Source of the DNA: Amoeboaphelidium protococcarum X5
Lineage: Eukaryota > Fungi > Aphelidiomycota
Assembly (NCBI GenBank): GCA_023515725.1
Contig: JALDTO010000098.1
Location: 770,164-834,163 of the forward strand
Length of the DNA stretch: 64,000 bases
Direction of reading: 5' to 3'
The notes beneath the pieces were generated by a model. It had not been told where the DNA came from. It was given only the letters and a program-made list of their open reading frames with translations, and did not search any database. A program made the translations under genes and the position numbers. Positions within the stretch are counted from its first letter, which is position 1, and each line of letters begins with the position of its first letter. Positions 1 to 11,331 of this stretch are shown piece by piece.

Positions 1-2
1 CA

Positions 3-206
3 GGTGATTAGTCCGATTTGTAATAGACTAGAAATTCTGCAAGTCCTACCGTGATAGAAAGCACTGATGACAGTCGCAGATACTCAACAGACCGTGCAAG
101 AGCTCAGCATGAATAGAAGTTGCGAGAAGATCTTGCTTATGAACTGGGAGTCTTGATTAGTTTTGGAGACTCTATGGTCAGCAATCTTCCATGGAAGTTT
201 GATTGA
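3..206 (+). CDS. 3' end of an unidentified gene (partial, runs off window start)
   Basis: Frame open from window start with TAR=Gln (GDQSDLQQTRNS...LREDLAYELGVLISFGDSMVSNLPWKFD), ending TGA 204-206. No motif recognised. Confidence 0.4.
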
Positions 207-372
207 TATTACTGAATGGGTGATTGCAGTGAGCTTGCGTATTGAAAGACATGAAATCTGTAGTAATCAAAACGACATTTATTCAAATATTTGAAATCTT
301 TTACGATTCATGCAGTATAGCAGGACGCTTCTTGTACGGCCATTCATAGGATTTGCTGTTGGATATACTTCG

Positions 373-1128
373 TCAATTTCCGCGGAAGTGCAGAAATGGC
401 AACATTTTACCAATGCGGCGCATCCCTCTTAAATGAAACTTGCGTTTGAACTCTTCAGCAGCCCCATCGCCACATGTAAATCGCAGCAGGTTCTCCGTCA
501 GATATAGACAATTCTTCCTAAAAGCATGGTAACGGCCTCTTGTCGTCTACAACATATGCCCCTCTATTTCCTCTACAGTTTTCATAGTGTAACATGCATC
601 GTAAAAGTACACACGTTGACCGCCAGCTTAAGTCTCTGACTTTGGAAAGTTGTTCACCTCGCGTCTCAAGTACTGCTTCTACCCTTTCTCTGGTTTCGAT
701 CCTTTACCAACATCGAATCCTTCAGCGCCATGAACTAAAATATTACTATTAAAAGAAGGGAGAACCGCCGAAGAGCCTGCCTAATTATCAGCCACTTATA
801 GATCAGTCTACAAATCATCGCGCACACGCAGCTCAGATGGATTGGCGACGATCAGTGAAGTGTGCCAGAAAGTACCTTTAGGCAACCAGTCAAGTTTGTA
901 ATACTAAATCTTGATCAATCTATACTGACCAGCCTAGTTAGTGTTGGGATTGAATACTGAGTACACCGGATATAATGGGTCACGCGATGCCAACGCCACC
1001 TGGACGCCTTCCTCCTCCTCTAATTGCAATACATCTTCTCTGGACTTCAAATGGGTAGACCAAGAATGCAGATAGCTCTAGACACTTGCCGCCAGCAGCA
1101 AGACAATGAAAGCTTCTAATAAGGACAT
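373..1128 (-). CDS. Secreted PPPDE/DeSI-like (permuted papain-fold) cysteine peptidase, 251 aa
   Basis: ATG 1128 to TGA 373, open with TAR=Gln. Signal-peptide-like MSLLEAFIVLLLAASVQS. Motifs GTFWHTSLIV and YHAFRKNCLYLTENLLRF resemble the PPPDE His (WHTS) and Cys (NC) motifs. Confidence 0.7.
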
Positions 1129-1296
1129 TTTTAATTTAAGGCGGAGAGGTAGGATTTACCACAAAGAAGTGCAAGATGTTTCATTTCATCCCCTAAAATC
1201 TTGAATAATAGGCAATCTGAGTTCGGTGATTGATCGGCTAAGCCACACCAAAGAGGAAGATCAGGTGAGTTGAAAGTATGATCTTAAATAGTGGCA

Positions 1297-1337
1297 TACG
1301 GAATCCGAGAGCCGCAAAAGCGCGTCGCTATTTAAAA
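1297..1337 (+). repeat. Left terminal inverted repeat
   Basis: TACGGAATCCGAGAGCCGCAAAAGCGCGTCGCTATTTAAAA matches the reverse complement of 5742-5782 at 33/41 positions. Confidence 0.85.
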
Positions 1338-2086
1338 AGCAGAAACGAATATTTGTTTCTTACAACTGTTTTTGTTTTTAATGTTCGAGAGCCGCAATCA
1401 GTGCCTCACATTAATACATAACGTTTTTGCACTTGTAATACGCGAATGCGACTTAACAAATTGATTAATTTTTGTGATTACTTTCTTATTTATATCATGC
1501 TGCAAAATCAAATGTATTAGTCATGCACCGTGTGTGTGTTGCTTTACTTTAATGTGCAACTTGCGCAACTGCAGCAGTATTGGTGTAAATATCTCAAGAT
1601 TTTTAATATAGCAGTATTTGCTCCGCTTCTCTAGTAAAGAAATATATGCACCAAACCTCAAGCAAAAATTTGCAAACTGTTTGTGAGTAGTGGTTGCTCG
1701 ATCTTTGTCACAACTGATTGCTTGATGCGTTAATCTCGAAACTGGCGCTTGCAATTTAACAGTAAGTAAGCGATTATTTGTGATAAATTGTTTTGATACT
1801 GAATGATACTTTATTATCTCTTACACACTATTCACTAAACTACTTTTTAACAACGTACAATCTTATTTGCGAGATAAGCATACAGGTATAAGCAATGCAG
1901 CATTGGGACGCCGTAGTGTTGTCATTACTTGCTGCGCCACCCCCCTTACGCCACTCTAAGATCTTACGCAATCATATTATTAATAACAGCTCTCATAGTT
2001 CAGATAACTAAAACGCGACAAATATACGCAATCTCTTTAGTTGATATCTATATCCTAGTGTCTTTTGAATAGAATCAGTATCAAGC

Positions 2087-4102
2087 ATGTTTAATCCGTT
2101 GTAAGATGTGTTATGTCCCAATTCGTCCGGACTCAAAAGGGAGGACTGTCATTGTGCTGGATGTAAATCTTGGCAATAGGCGCAAGCCTAGTTGATGCAT
2201 TCACAAATGCAATTTGAGTAAAAGAAAAAGCTTGCGGTGCAGACAAGAACCGAGTCAATGGTAAATAGATTGCACAGTGGATACCAGACTAAGCCGCCGC
2301 CCCCTGTTCATAGAAACGGTCCTGGTAGTGGAAATAGAGGTTTGACGCGTAAAAACGCGCTGGTGCAAATTAGCATTGTCCCTTGTATTTCAGGATCAAA
2401 GGTTGGATAATTTAAGCGTCTGGAAAATGTTGGCCCATAGATGATTTAGATTGACAAGTATAATGACAATTATCAATCTGTCTTAGCATAAGCTTGTGCA
2501 TTGTTTCACTATCAAGTTGAGCAATCGTCAATTGGACAAAGTCAAATCCACCAAATCCCCTAATTTGGAGTTGATTTTGACGTAATATAATGGACCCAGA
2601 ATATTCAATTGGCAGGATGTAAGTATACCTCTAATAAGGATAAGGTGCTATATTTGATTCCGTTGGTTGAAAGCAATCGCGTGTAATTGCATCCTAGTTT
2701 AAAGAGAAACTATGAGTCTCTACAGTAGCTGAATTTTTTGAATGTCGAGGACTTTGATTACTAGTATGGTTTGCCAGATGAGAAGATGCAGGATAAGGAT
2801 GATTTTGAAATTGTTGAACCGACGCGTACTTTAGATGAGCCTATTATTCAACCTGTCAAGCCTGTCAAAAAGATCAAATCTGCGCAGGAGTCTACGATCA
2901 TACCTGTCAGTTCAAATGTTGCGAGAAATAGTTAGATTGAACATAAGAATAAGTTTTGCTAGTTTGAAAACATTTCCAAGGTGTCCCCTCAGCGTGTAAT
3001 AAAAAATACGCGCTCCTTGTAAGGCAGTGTGGTTGTGCATGTCTACGACTATGAAACAGGCTCCTGGTTCACTGAGGATCCAGGAGTAGTTGGAATGCCA
3101 GATCTGGCAGGAAAGACTAACAAAGGGAATATAAAAAGATGCTACTATAATGGATCTCTGGTCAAGTTTTTTCCAGATCTGCCAGTAGTCTTTAAGTGCG
3201 CAATTGATAAGGATGACGATGATTATGGATTACATGCTAGGGAAATATTAAACTCTGTTTGCGCTCAAAGGTGCTTCCTAGATTTTGACGCGGAATTGAT
3301 TAAGACGCTGCTGGGTTAAGAATATCTATAGGTTGCTGGTGAGTAGCGTGGAGTTTGTGCTGGCGTGATGCTGGAGATTAGAGACAAATAAAATGAGGAA
3401 TTTGGTGATATGGTGGATCTAGCAAAGATATGGACAGTTGAACCCTTCGTAGATGGCCAATTTGTGAAGTATATCGACAACGAGCATTTTATGCAAATTT
3501 GTGATGATGATCAGACTTATGAGGAGAACTTTCGTGAAGAAGTGGCCTGGGCTTTTGCCCATTACTCCTATTATTGGTTTGAGAAGGAGAACTACGAGTA
3601 AATGATAGTTGATATTCAAGGCTCTAAGTGTCACTTTACAGATCTTTAGGTGTGCACTGTCAATGGCACCGATTGCAGTATTGGCAATATGGGTTTACCA
3701 GCAATTGTGAAGTTCTTCGTTATGCACTAGTGCAATTAGATTTGCAAGGCTTTGCATTTAGATGTCGCGACCATTCCGTCTTTAGTAATGGAGAAGATTA
3801 TGGAAGATTCTCTCTTAATGGATAAATTCGAGTCCACTGTGTTTGGATCTCCAGCATAGGCCGCTCCTAATCCTCTTGGATAGTAGAAGACATCATTGAA
3901 GTCGGATGTCTCCATAACTTCTGTGTCTAAACAGGTAGAAGTTAATAATCAAGCCACTCAGGATTTGCAGATAGTAAAGGAGAAATCTAAGATTAAGTTG
4001 GTGGATCCTATTGTTAAAAACATACGTCCGTCTAGCAGAAGACCTAATACGCGTGCTAAAAATGCTGCGTAGAAGAAATTGCCAACTTTGACTGAGGATT
4101 GA
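2087..4102 (+). CDS. Alpha-kinase (eEF2K/MHCK family) domain protein, 671 aa, inside the transposon
   Basis: Single ORF with TAR=Gln. Motifs VVFKC, EPFVDGQFVKY, AFAHYSY, IVDIQG, TDLQV, GNMG and Zn-binding HQCNQIC. N-terminal Cys cluster CPNSSGLKREDCHCAGC. Confidence 0.9.
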
Positions 4103-4187
4103 GTATTTAGTAGCTCTGGTGGAGTTAACAATGAGTACGTAAAGATAGTAATAGCAATAAGAAATTTTTAATTATTCAGACCATTCT

Positions 4188-5567
4188 TCACTAAGCAATT
4201 TCCTACCCTCTCACTTACTATTCTGCTATCAACAATTAATCTCTAAATGCATCCAGCGCGCTTACGAGATCGCCATCGGACACTAAAGCCTTGAACACAT
4301 CTTGACAATTGTCAAAGGTAAGTTGATCAAAACCTTTCTCTATAACAACTTCATCAATAAGATGCCTAGCGTAATTAATTCTAAACCTATCATTCATATC
4401 TATAGTACTTGGTCCAAACAATTGAATAGCCATATCACGCATGTCTTGAGGAGGCTCCAAACCACATTCTACTCCATCAAACATCTCGGGAACTTGATAA
4501 CGCATGATGGGCTGTCCTTGATTTCGAATCTTATGGTAATTCCACAAGGTGGTAATTTTATCTAAACACTCAGCGATATAATGTCCAAAACAATACTGAG
4601 AAATTGTCTTATGAGAATAAAGCGTGGTATTAAAATAACCTGCAAAGTGAAGATTGTTCAGCGTTCCTATCCAATATTCAAGCCCATAATGATTCTATCT
4701 GCCCCAGTAACTTTCTATACGCGTATTGAAATTGGATGAACCCACAATATAAGAGTTCTCACCTACCAATATTTCTTGCAATTACTTGATGTAATTGTTC
4801 TCAGTTCCGCCATCAACACGAACTTTTCCAGGCATAACATTGCATTTGTCAGCCGCATCCAGAAAATATTCCAGTATGTAACGCGCGGGCCTATTCGTAT
4901 CTGCGACCATACTAAACACAACATACCTACTAAAACCATCTACACACGCACTTATTCCAAAGCCAAACTACGACAGCTTATCGAAGCCATCTATATGCCA
5001 CACTTAATTAGGACCATCATTTTAATATTCACGGCGTTTCAACTTGCGCCTTTTACGCATTTACACAGCCTCTGGATTGTCGAATCTTTAGCAAACCATA
5101 ACCATGTCTCGAGATACTTATTGGCCTGATAGTTCACGAAGGACTTATGTAGTTGATCTAATTCCCAATCTTTCACCTTCATCCTGATTTACAACATGCA
5201 CTAAATCCAAAACTTCGACAGGAGATAGCGCACAATGTCTCGTTCCAATTTAATGCTGCGACAAAATCGATTGCAAAGTCCTTAAGGACATTTAAATATT
5301 ATGCTTCTATTTCAGCCAATCCAATAATTATTGTTAAGTGGACCCGCCATTAATTAGATGGCGAGCTTCTTCAATCCAATGTTCACTTTAATCCGCAAAT
5401 GTGGCTCTATTTAAAGCAGTACTCAATCCATGTTCAGTCATAAACCGGTCCAATTTGGACTTGGAGCAGATTGTTCCACTAGAATTTAGAGTATCTAAAA
5501 TTTCCTTGCGCTTCAAACCTTAATTTACTAACTGCCGTACCTGTTCCAAGTCGATTTCTTAAGACAT
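4188..5567 (-). CDS. DDE transposase (integrase core, IS3/IS481-like) with N-terminal HTH/Clr5-like repeats, 459 aa
   Basis: ATG 5567 to TGA 4188. Motifs LKRREYQNDGPNQVWHIDGFDKL, ACVDGFSR, PGKVRVDGGTEN, GSSNFNTRIESYW and WNYHKIR. D-D-E triad appears intact. Confidence 0.9.
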
Positions 5568-5741
5568 TTTGCTGCAAAAAATGAATTCGAGTTAAGATGT
5601 CCCCTATTATAAGGCGGATATAGTGCATGATAAGAAACAAAATAGCAATGAATTTATTTTTAAAATTACAAAACAAAATAAAAATTAAAAATCATTTAAA
5701 ATATTAATGGGAACTTTCATTTTACTTTCTATGTTTAGTAA

Positions 5742-5782
5742 TTTTAAACTGCGAGGCGGTTTTGCGTTTCTCGAACTCCGTA
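5742..5782 (-). repeat. Right terminal inverted repeat
   Basis: Reverse complement TACGGAGTTCGAGAAACGCAAAACCGCCTCGCAGTTTAAAA, similar to the left TIR. Confidence 0.85.
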
Positions 5783-5983
5783 GGGCATTCATTAAGCGAT
5801 TATTATAACATGGAAGCACACACACCCAATAAACCTTGAATTTCTGGTTAATCTCCAATCGGAAAGGCTTTATACAGTTACCAAGAATTAATTTGATGTC
5901 TAATACTATGCAAATTGATTCATAAATTCAAAAATGCGTCTGAATATTAAAAGTTGTAGCATTAAATGTATGGATCTATTTAC

Positions 5984-8878
5984 TCATAGCTACCTTGTCA
6001 CAGCCTATTTGAAGTTTGGATGCAACTTGTTTAGACTGACAACTCCGATTGTATGTTCTTAATCTAAGGTTGAATTCTTGACCAGATTGACGCCAAACTT
6101 CTTCACTCCATCTGCCATTTGCCTTCGCTTATCTTGAGATAGAGATGTCCAATTGTCGAGCTTGTTGTTAGATTTATCCGGTACTGACGTGGATATGACA
6201 TCAGCGTCCCATTTCCAAATTTGATCACCAAGTCTCAACTCTCCTTCAACCACTTTATAAATTGGAGGAAGCAGCTTATGGAGTGAGAGCTGAGTATCGC
6301 CAGCATTATTGGCTGATAGTGCCAAATCGCGTATCATCTGAGCGGGAAGCTTTTTAATTTTACTGATCACCAGAGATTACGGATAACCAAATGGTACTTT
6401 ATGCAGCTTATGAGCTTACTTCTCATAGAAATACAAAATGTCATTTTACACATCGACATCAAATGTAAAATACTCCGGACCATAATCCAAAGACACTCGT
6501 TAAACAAGATCTTTAGAGTTGGCGGCAGATTGCTTGGCTTTGTACGCTTTCATGTCAACATCGGTTCTCTGAGCATTATCTACTTCTAATATCTTTTTAG
6601 GATCACATCGTTTCAATTTGACCTCAGTATAGCGAAGTTACTCGGCTGATGCAGTATATGACAAAGTCTGGGCAGCTTTCTTGCTGTACACTACCATATT
6701 CAAAATTACAAGATTCTTATCCACCAAAAGTTCAGAAGGTAAAGCAATCCTATCAATGTCTGTGCTATCTGGTGACTAAACAGGCGTCTAAGAAGATGTT
6801 TGCCTGTGATCTAAAGGCTTAAGAATCTCAGTAAATACTGAACACACTTCACTCAGCGATAACCCTTCTAAATTACGGCCGTTCACTTCCATCAGTACAT
6901 CGCCAACGCATAGAGAATCATTGGTACTAATACTCCCATTTGAGTCCATATTATCCTATATGTTTCCATTAACATCGAGCTCAATATCAAATAGCGGCTA
7001 TGGAACTGAGACCACTTGAGCAACGTACTTACGCCGCAGATGCCTCACTGTCCAGTCTTCGTGCACTTGAAACTCGAAGCCAATCTTCTCCATCAAAGCT
7101 GTGGTGTTCATTCTATCTTTACCGGTGAACCTGTGGACACGCTTCTATACAGCCTTAAACACATTAGAAGTTGACTGCTGAGGATTGCGATCTGTAATTG
7201 GATTAAGAGACTGACCAAGTTACATGAGCGAATTTCTAAACGAATGCATAAGAGGATTCAGATGGCCATAAGACTTGCTCTTAGAAGTCGGCTGGATGGG
7301 AATTTAAGGCAAGTCTTTATCAATACGGTCATTGGATACTGCAGCAGTATTATTAGAAGAAATCTTGCTATCAATAGGTACTGTTTCATTATTTCCTGAC
7401 TTTTATGAATCTAGAAAGTCATTGATAACTTTCAACTTGTCACTCGGAGTCAAAGAAGCTGATTGCGGAATAATGCCATCACCATCATACAAAATATCCC
7501 CATCAGACTCTTCATTAGACAGCACAGTCACTTTCAATTGACTTTACGCTGGTTTATGAGGCTATTGAGGAGCAGTGACGTTGTTTTGACCATCTCCCTC
7601 CTTGCCCGGTAGACTCTTATTGACATCTTACACAAGAGACACTTCCGTTACAGAAGCATTCAATGTCTCAGTATGGGAATTCTATGGTGAATCAATTTCT
7701 CTAGGCGCTTGCATGACTGTATTAGACTAAGCAACTACTTCTGAAGTAACATTATCATTAACGGGAACATTTAAAGCCTGATTCGATTTCCTGGTACTAA
7801 CTTTGGTCTTGTCAATTTTGTTAAAATGTGCCTTACAGTAATATTGACCGTCCCATGAGTTGTATGTGGCGAGAGTCAACTTTTTTAGACATTCAGCACA
7901 TTTGAGACACTCCGTATGCATGATCTACTTATCCACCAAGAGCTTCTCAGCCGGATAAACTCGTTTCTAACATGCAACGCATAACTCTACAGGTTAAGCC
8001 TGCTTTATGGCATGAAAGGTCCTGGCGCGTTTTAGTTCCACCTACTTCTTGGCTTCTTCTTTAGCTGCAACTTCCTGTTCAGTCTCAGGCTCTTTCTCCT
8101 AGTGATCGGTGCCGCCATTCAGAGCAGCTCGACTCTACTTAAACTTGGCACCCTCCGTCTTTTCAACCATCTACCGCAATTGATCCCAGCTCTGAGTGCG
8201 CTTAAGACCATCACTCTATGCACCATCAATCCTAATCTTGTCCTTATACATCACTGCACCAGTCTCATCATACAATTCATCAGGTAACTGGCCATTCATT
8301 TCATTCACGGCCTTCTCCTCATGTTACTCAAACGCACGCGTTACATCTCTAACTGTCCTTTTCCGATTGAGTAGATCAGAGGCTTTCTCAATAGCAATGG
8401 AACTTTATCCCGCAGTGTCTACATCTATAATCTGTGCGTTATTCACTTTCCAGCCCGACTACAGCCTTTCAGATTATTGCGCTGCATATTAAATTTGCTA
8501 TTACAACAGCGTGGCGTCGATTGTTTCAGCCGTCGATACGATCGGAGCGTCATTGGAAAGCGCCTGTTATTATTATAACTGCAATTTCCTACTCTCAACC
8601 TGCTAGAACCCAGTTGTATAATCACCATTGACATTGAACAGCTGCGTAAAGTGAGGTTTACAGAAATACTTGCCATCCACTGCTGCATAAGTCGAAAGAT
8701 CGAGAATTTTATTACAGATCTAACACCGCAGACAATTTCGGTGCAGAATAGCCTTCTTCAATTACAGCTTCTCCACAGGATACACCACCTTCTGACACTT
8801 GTCACACAAATCTGATGGCTTTGAACCAAACTATTTTTTAGCAGACTTCTACTATGACTCTTCTACTTGATCGCCCAT
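5984..8878 (-). CDS. Protein with two LIM domains and a PDZ-like domain, about 964 aa
   Basis: LIM1 CDKCQKVVYPVEK...HRNCLRCQIC...FCKPHF. LIM2 ...HTECLKCAEC...YCKAHF. PDZ-like LCVGDVLMEVNGRNLEGLSLSEV. Track ORFs 7727-7921 and 6059-6370 are in the same frame. Interior not checked codon by codon. Confidence 0.75.
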
Positions 8879-9135
8879 TACTTTATATAATCTTTTACTT
8901 GATTAAAATTAAGCTTTCATGGTAAGAAATCAACTGAGCCATGATTAGACTATAAATATGGCTTCGTCATGGTAACGTTCGCGTATTGAAACAACACACA
9001 ACGAGTTTAATCCGTGCTATAAACGCATTAAATCAGATGCCTTTAGGTAATAAATGTAACGAAAAATGCAATGTGCAAAAGACAATTTCATTGACCTTCG
9101 TTTAATACTAAGTTGATTAAGATTACTTATTATAA

Positions 9136-10987
9136 TCAGCGCAATCCAATGATTCCAGCCTGAGCCAAGTACTGAATGTTGTCACGGATGACTGGATTCT
9201 ACAGATGATCTCTGGCAGCATTTGGATCTTGAGCCATCTGGTCCAGAATCTGTCTCATCACTGGATCAGCTAAGATCTACTAGACTTTAGGATCTTGCAT
9301 AGCCTTCTTGGCGCGTTCCTCTTGAGACATGTTCGCAGACTCTGAATCAGCACCGTAACCATACATGGCATTGGTTGCCTTCTGCTTCTACTGCTCGAGT
9401 TCATAGCGCGACTTTCCTTCATTGTGAGCTTCATCAATCTCAATGGCTTCATCACAGACAGAGACACACTTCTGGTACTCTTTCATCATAAACAGTATCG
9501 CCGCCTTTCTAATGAAAGCTTTGACAAAAGTCTTGTCCAAAGCGATGGCTTGCTCACAATCTTTCAATCCTTCAGGCAGCGCCATCAGTTTAATGTAAGC
9601 AGCTGCACGGTTAGAGTATCCCTTGGCATCCTTCAGCGAACGCTTAATTGCCTCAGAGTACTCTTTCACCGCATCGGCATACTTACCACCTTTGAACAGT
9701 TCATTGCCTCTGTTACGTGCCTCTTCACTCTTCACAGGATCCTGGTACTTGGACACTTCGTCTTCCTCCTTCAACTTCTCGCACTGCTTCAGCTTGTTCA
9801 ACACATCAGGGATTCTGTGCTCTGACAGACTCTTCTCAAAGAACTTAATCGCCTCACCATATTGCTATTACTTCATGTACGCTGTACCGATTCTGCTCAG
9901 AGCACGCGCAATATGCTTAAAATCGGCACGGTTCTCACGGCCCACATCGACTGCCTTCTGGCACACTTCAATACATTTCTCATATTGCGCCAGTTCAAGA
10001 CATGAAGCTCCGATATTATTCAGCAAGGTGATATCTGCTGGAGTCAGCTCCAAGGCTTCTTCATACTTGGCAATAGCCTCTTGGAATTGCTTCTTACGAT
10101 ACAGATCACCGGCTTCTGTCTTCAGCTACTAAGCCCTCTCCTCCTCTGGATTAACTTCTTACTGTGGAACATTCAATGGCACCTCTGATTAAACGCTTTA
10201 CGCATTAGAATCATTAGGCTAATGCTAAGAATCAGCAGCTCTGGTCTCCAAATCAGGCACAACATCCTCTTCTTCTCCTTAATCAGCAGAAGTCGCCTGT
10301 TAACCAGCCATCTAAGATGCTTCTTCAGGCGATGCTGCAGTCTGAATATTGACTCCAAGAAGAACACTCATGACCGCCATCATTCTAGGATCCTGTAAGT
10401 AGCCGGCAATAGAATTTGGATTATTCTTGACATTATTCAGCATCTGCATGAAATCAGGCTGAGCGAGATACGGAGCAGTCCTAGGATCGCTAGCAATCTT
10501 GGCAATAAAATCAGGGCCAAACATACCAGCAAATGGATTACCGCCAGCCGACCCTTACTAACTCAATCTCTACTGAGCATCCTCCACGCCTTTCTTCAGA
10601 TTAGCATTACTTGGATCATACTTCAATCCCTCACTGTACGCGTCTGCAGCCTCTTCAAACTTTCCCAAGCCGATCAGGGCAGCGCCTTTGCGGCCATAAG
10701 CCTTGCCCCAAGATGGCATCAGGTTGATGGACTACTCCGCGTCTTTCAATGCCAAATCGTAATCCTTCATCGCAGTGAAGCAGCCAGAGCGATTGCTGTA
10801 AAGAATCTAATCATTAGGGCTGAGCTCAATAGCCTTGCTGAAGAACTCGGCAGCTTGATCATAATTTCCAGCAGTAAAACACTTGTTACCTACATCACAA
10901 AATATAATCCTTATTCACAAAAACATTTACATACTAAAAGCCACACATACCTTGAGCCTTTAAATCAGCGGCACTCTCTGTAGTCAT
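9136..10987 (-). CDS. STI1: Hsp70/Hsp90 co-chaperone STI1/HOP
   Basis: TPR repeats (ARNRGNELFKGGKYADAVKEYSEAIKR) and DP domains. One intron 10890-10950 (GT-AG). Ends TGA 9136. Confidence 0.95.
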
Positions 10988-11331
10988 TTTCAAATTATAA
11001 TCTGTATTTTGTATTAAAAAGTCACGTAGTAATCCCGATATAATTAACTGATAATGTTCAAAAAGAAGATCAAAAGCGCGCGTAACGTTGAGTTGAGAGT
11101 CTCGCCCAATCACTCGATCAGCAGAGAGAAACCCACAGAACTTTAGCGAATCTCCATTATATTGGCATTCAGTCTGACGGAATGCTGGTCAACATCAGTC
11201 ACTGAGACAGATTAGAAAAGTTTTTAATAGAAAATTTAGGTAGATTCAAACAAATGATTGTATTCTACTGGTATATATTAAAGGAACACATACATAATTA
11301 CTTCGAATTCGAATATTTTGATATATATTGA

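Larger units (their letters stand above)
1297..5782. mobile_element. IS3EU-like DNA transposon (4486 bp) with DDE transposase and alpha-kinase passenger
   Basis: Imperfect 41-bp TIRs starting TACGGA at both ends. Contains a DDE integrase-core transposase (-) and a convergent alpha-kinase (+). Flanks GTGGCA / GGGCA look like a degenerate TSD. Confidence 0.85.

Noticed and set aside
1521-1754. 77-aa minus-strand ORF inside the transposon as a third gene
   Set aside because: No ATG start, no recognisable motif, and AT-rich non-coding-like context.
9424-10132. Long plus-strand ORFs opposite STI1 (similar cases opposite RPN2, the histidine kinase and UBC9)
   Set aside because: Antisense shadows of real minus-strand genes.
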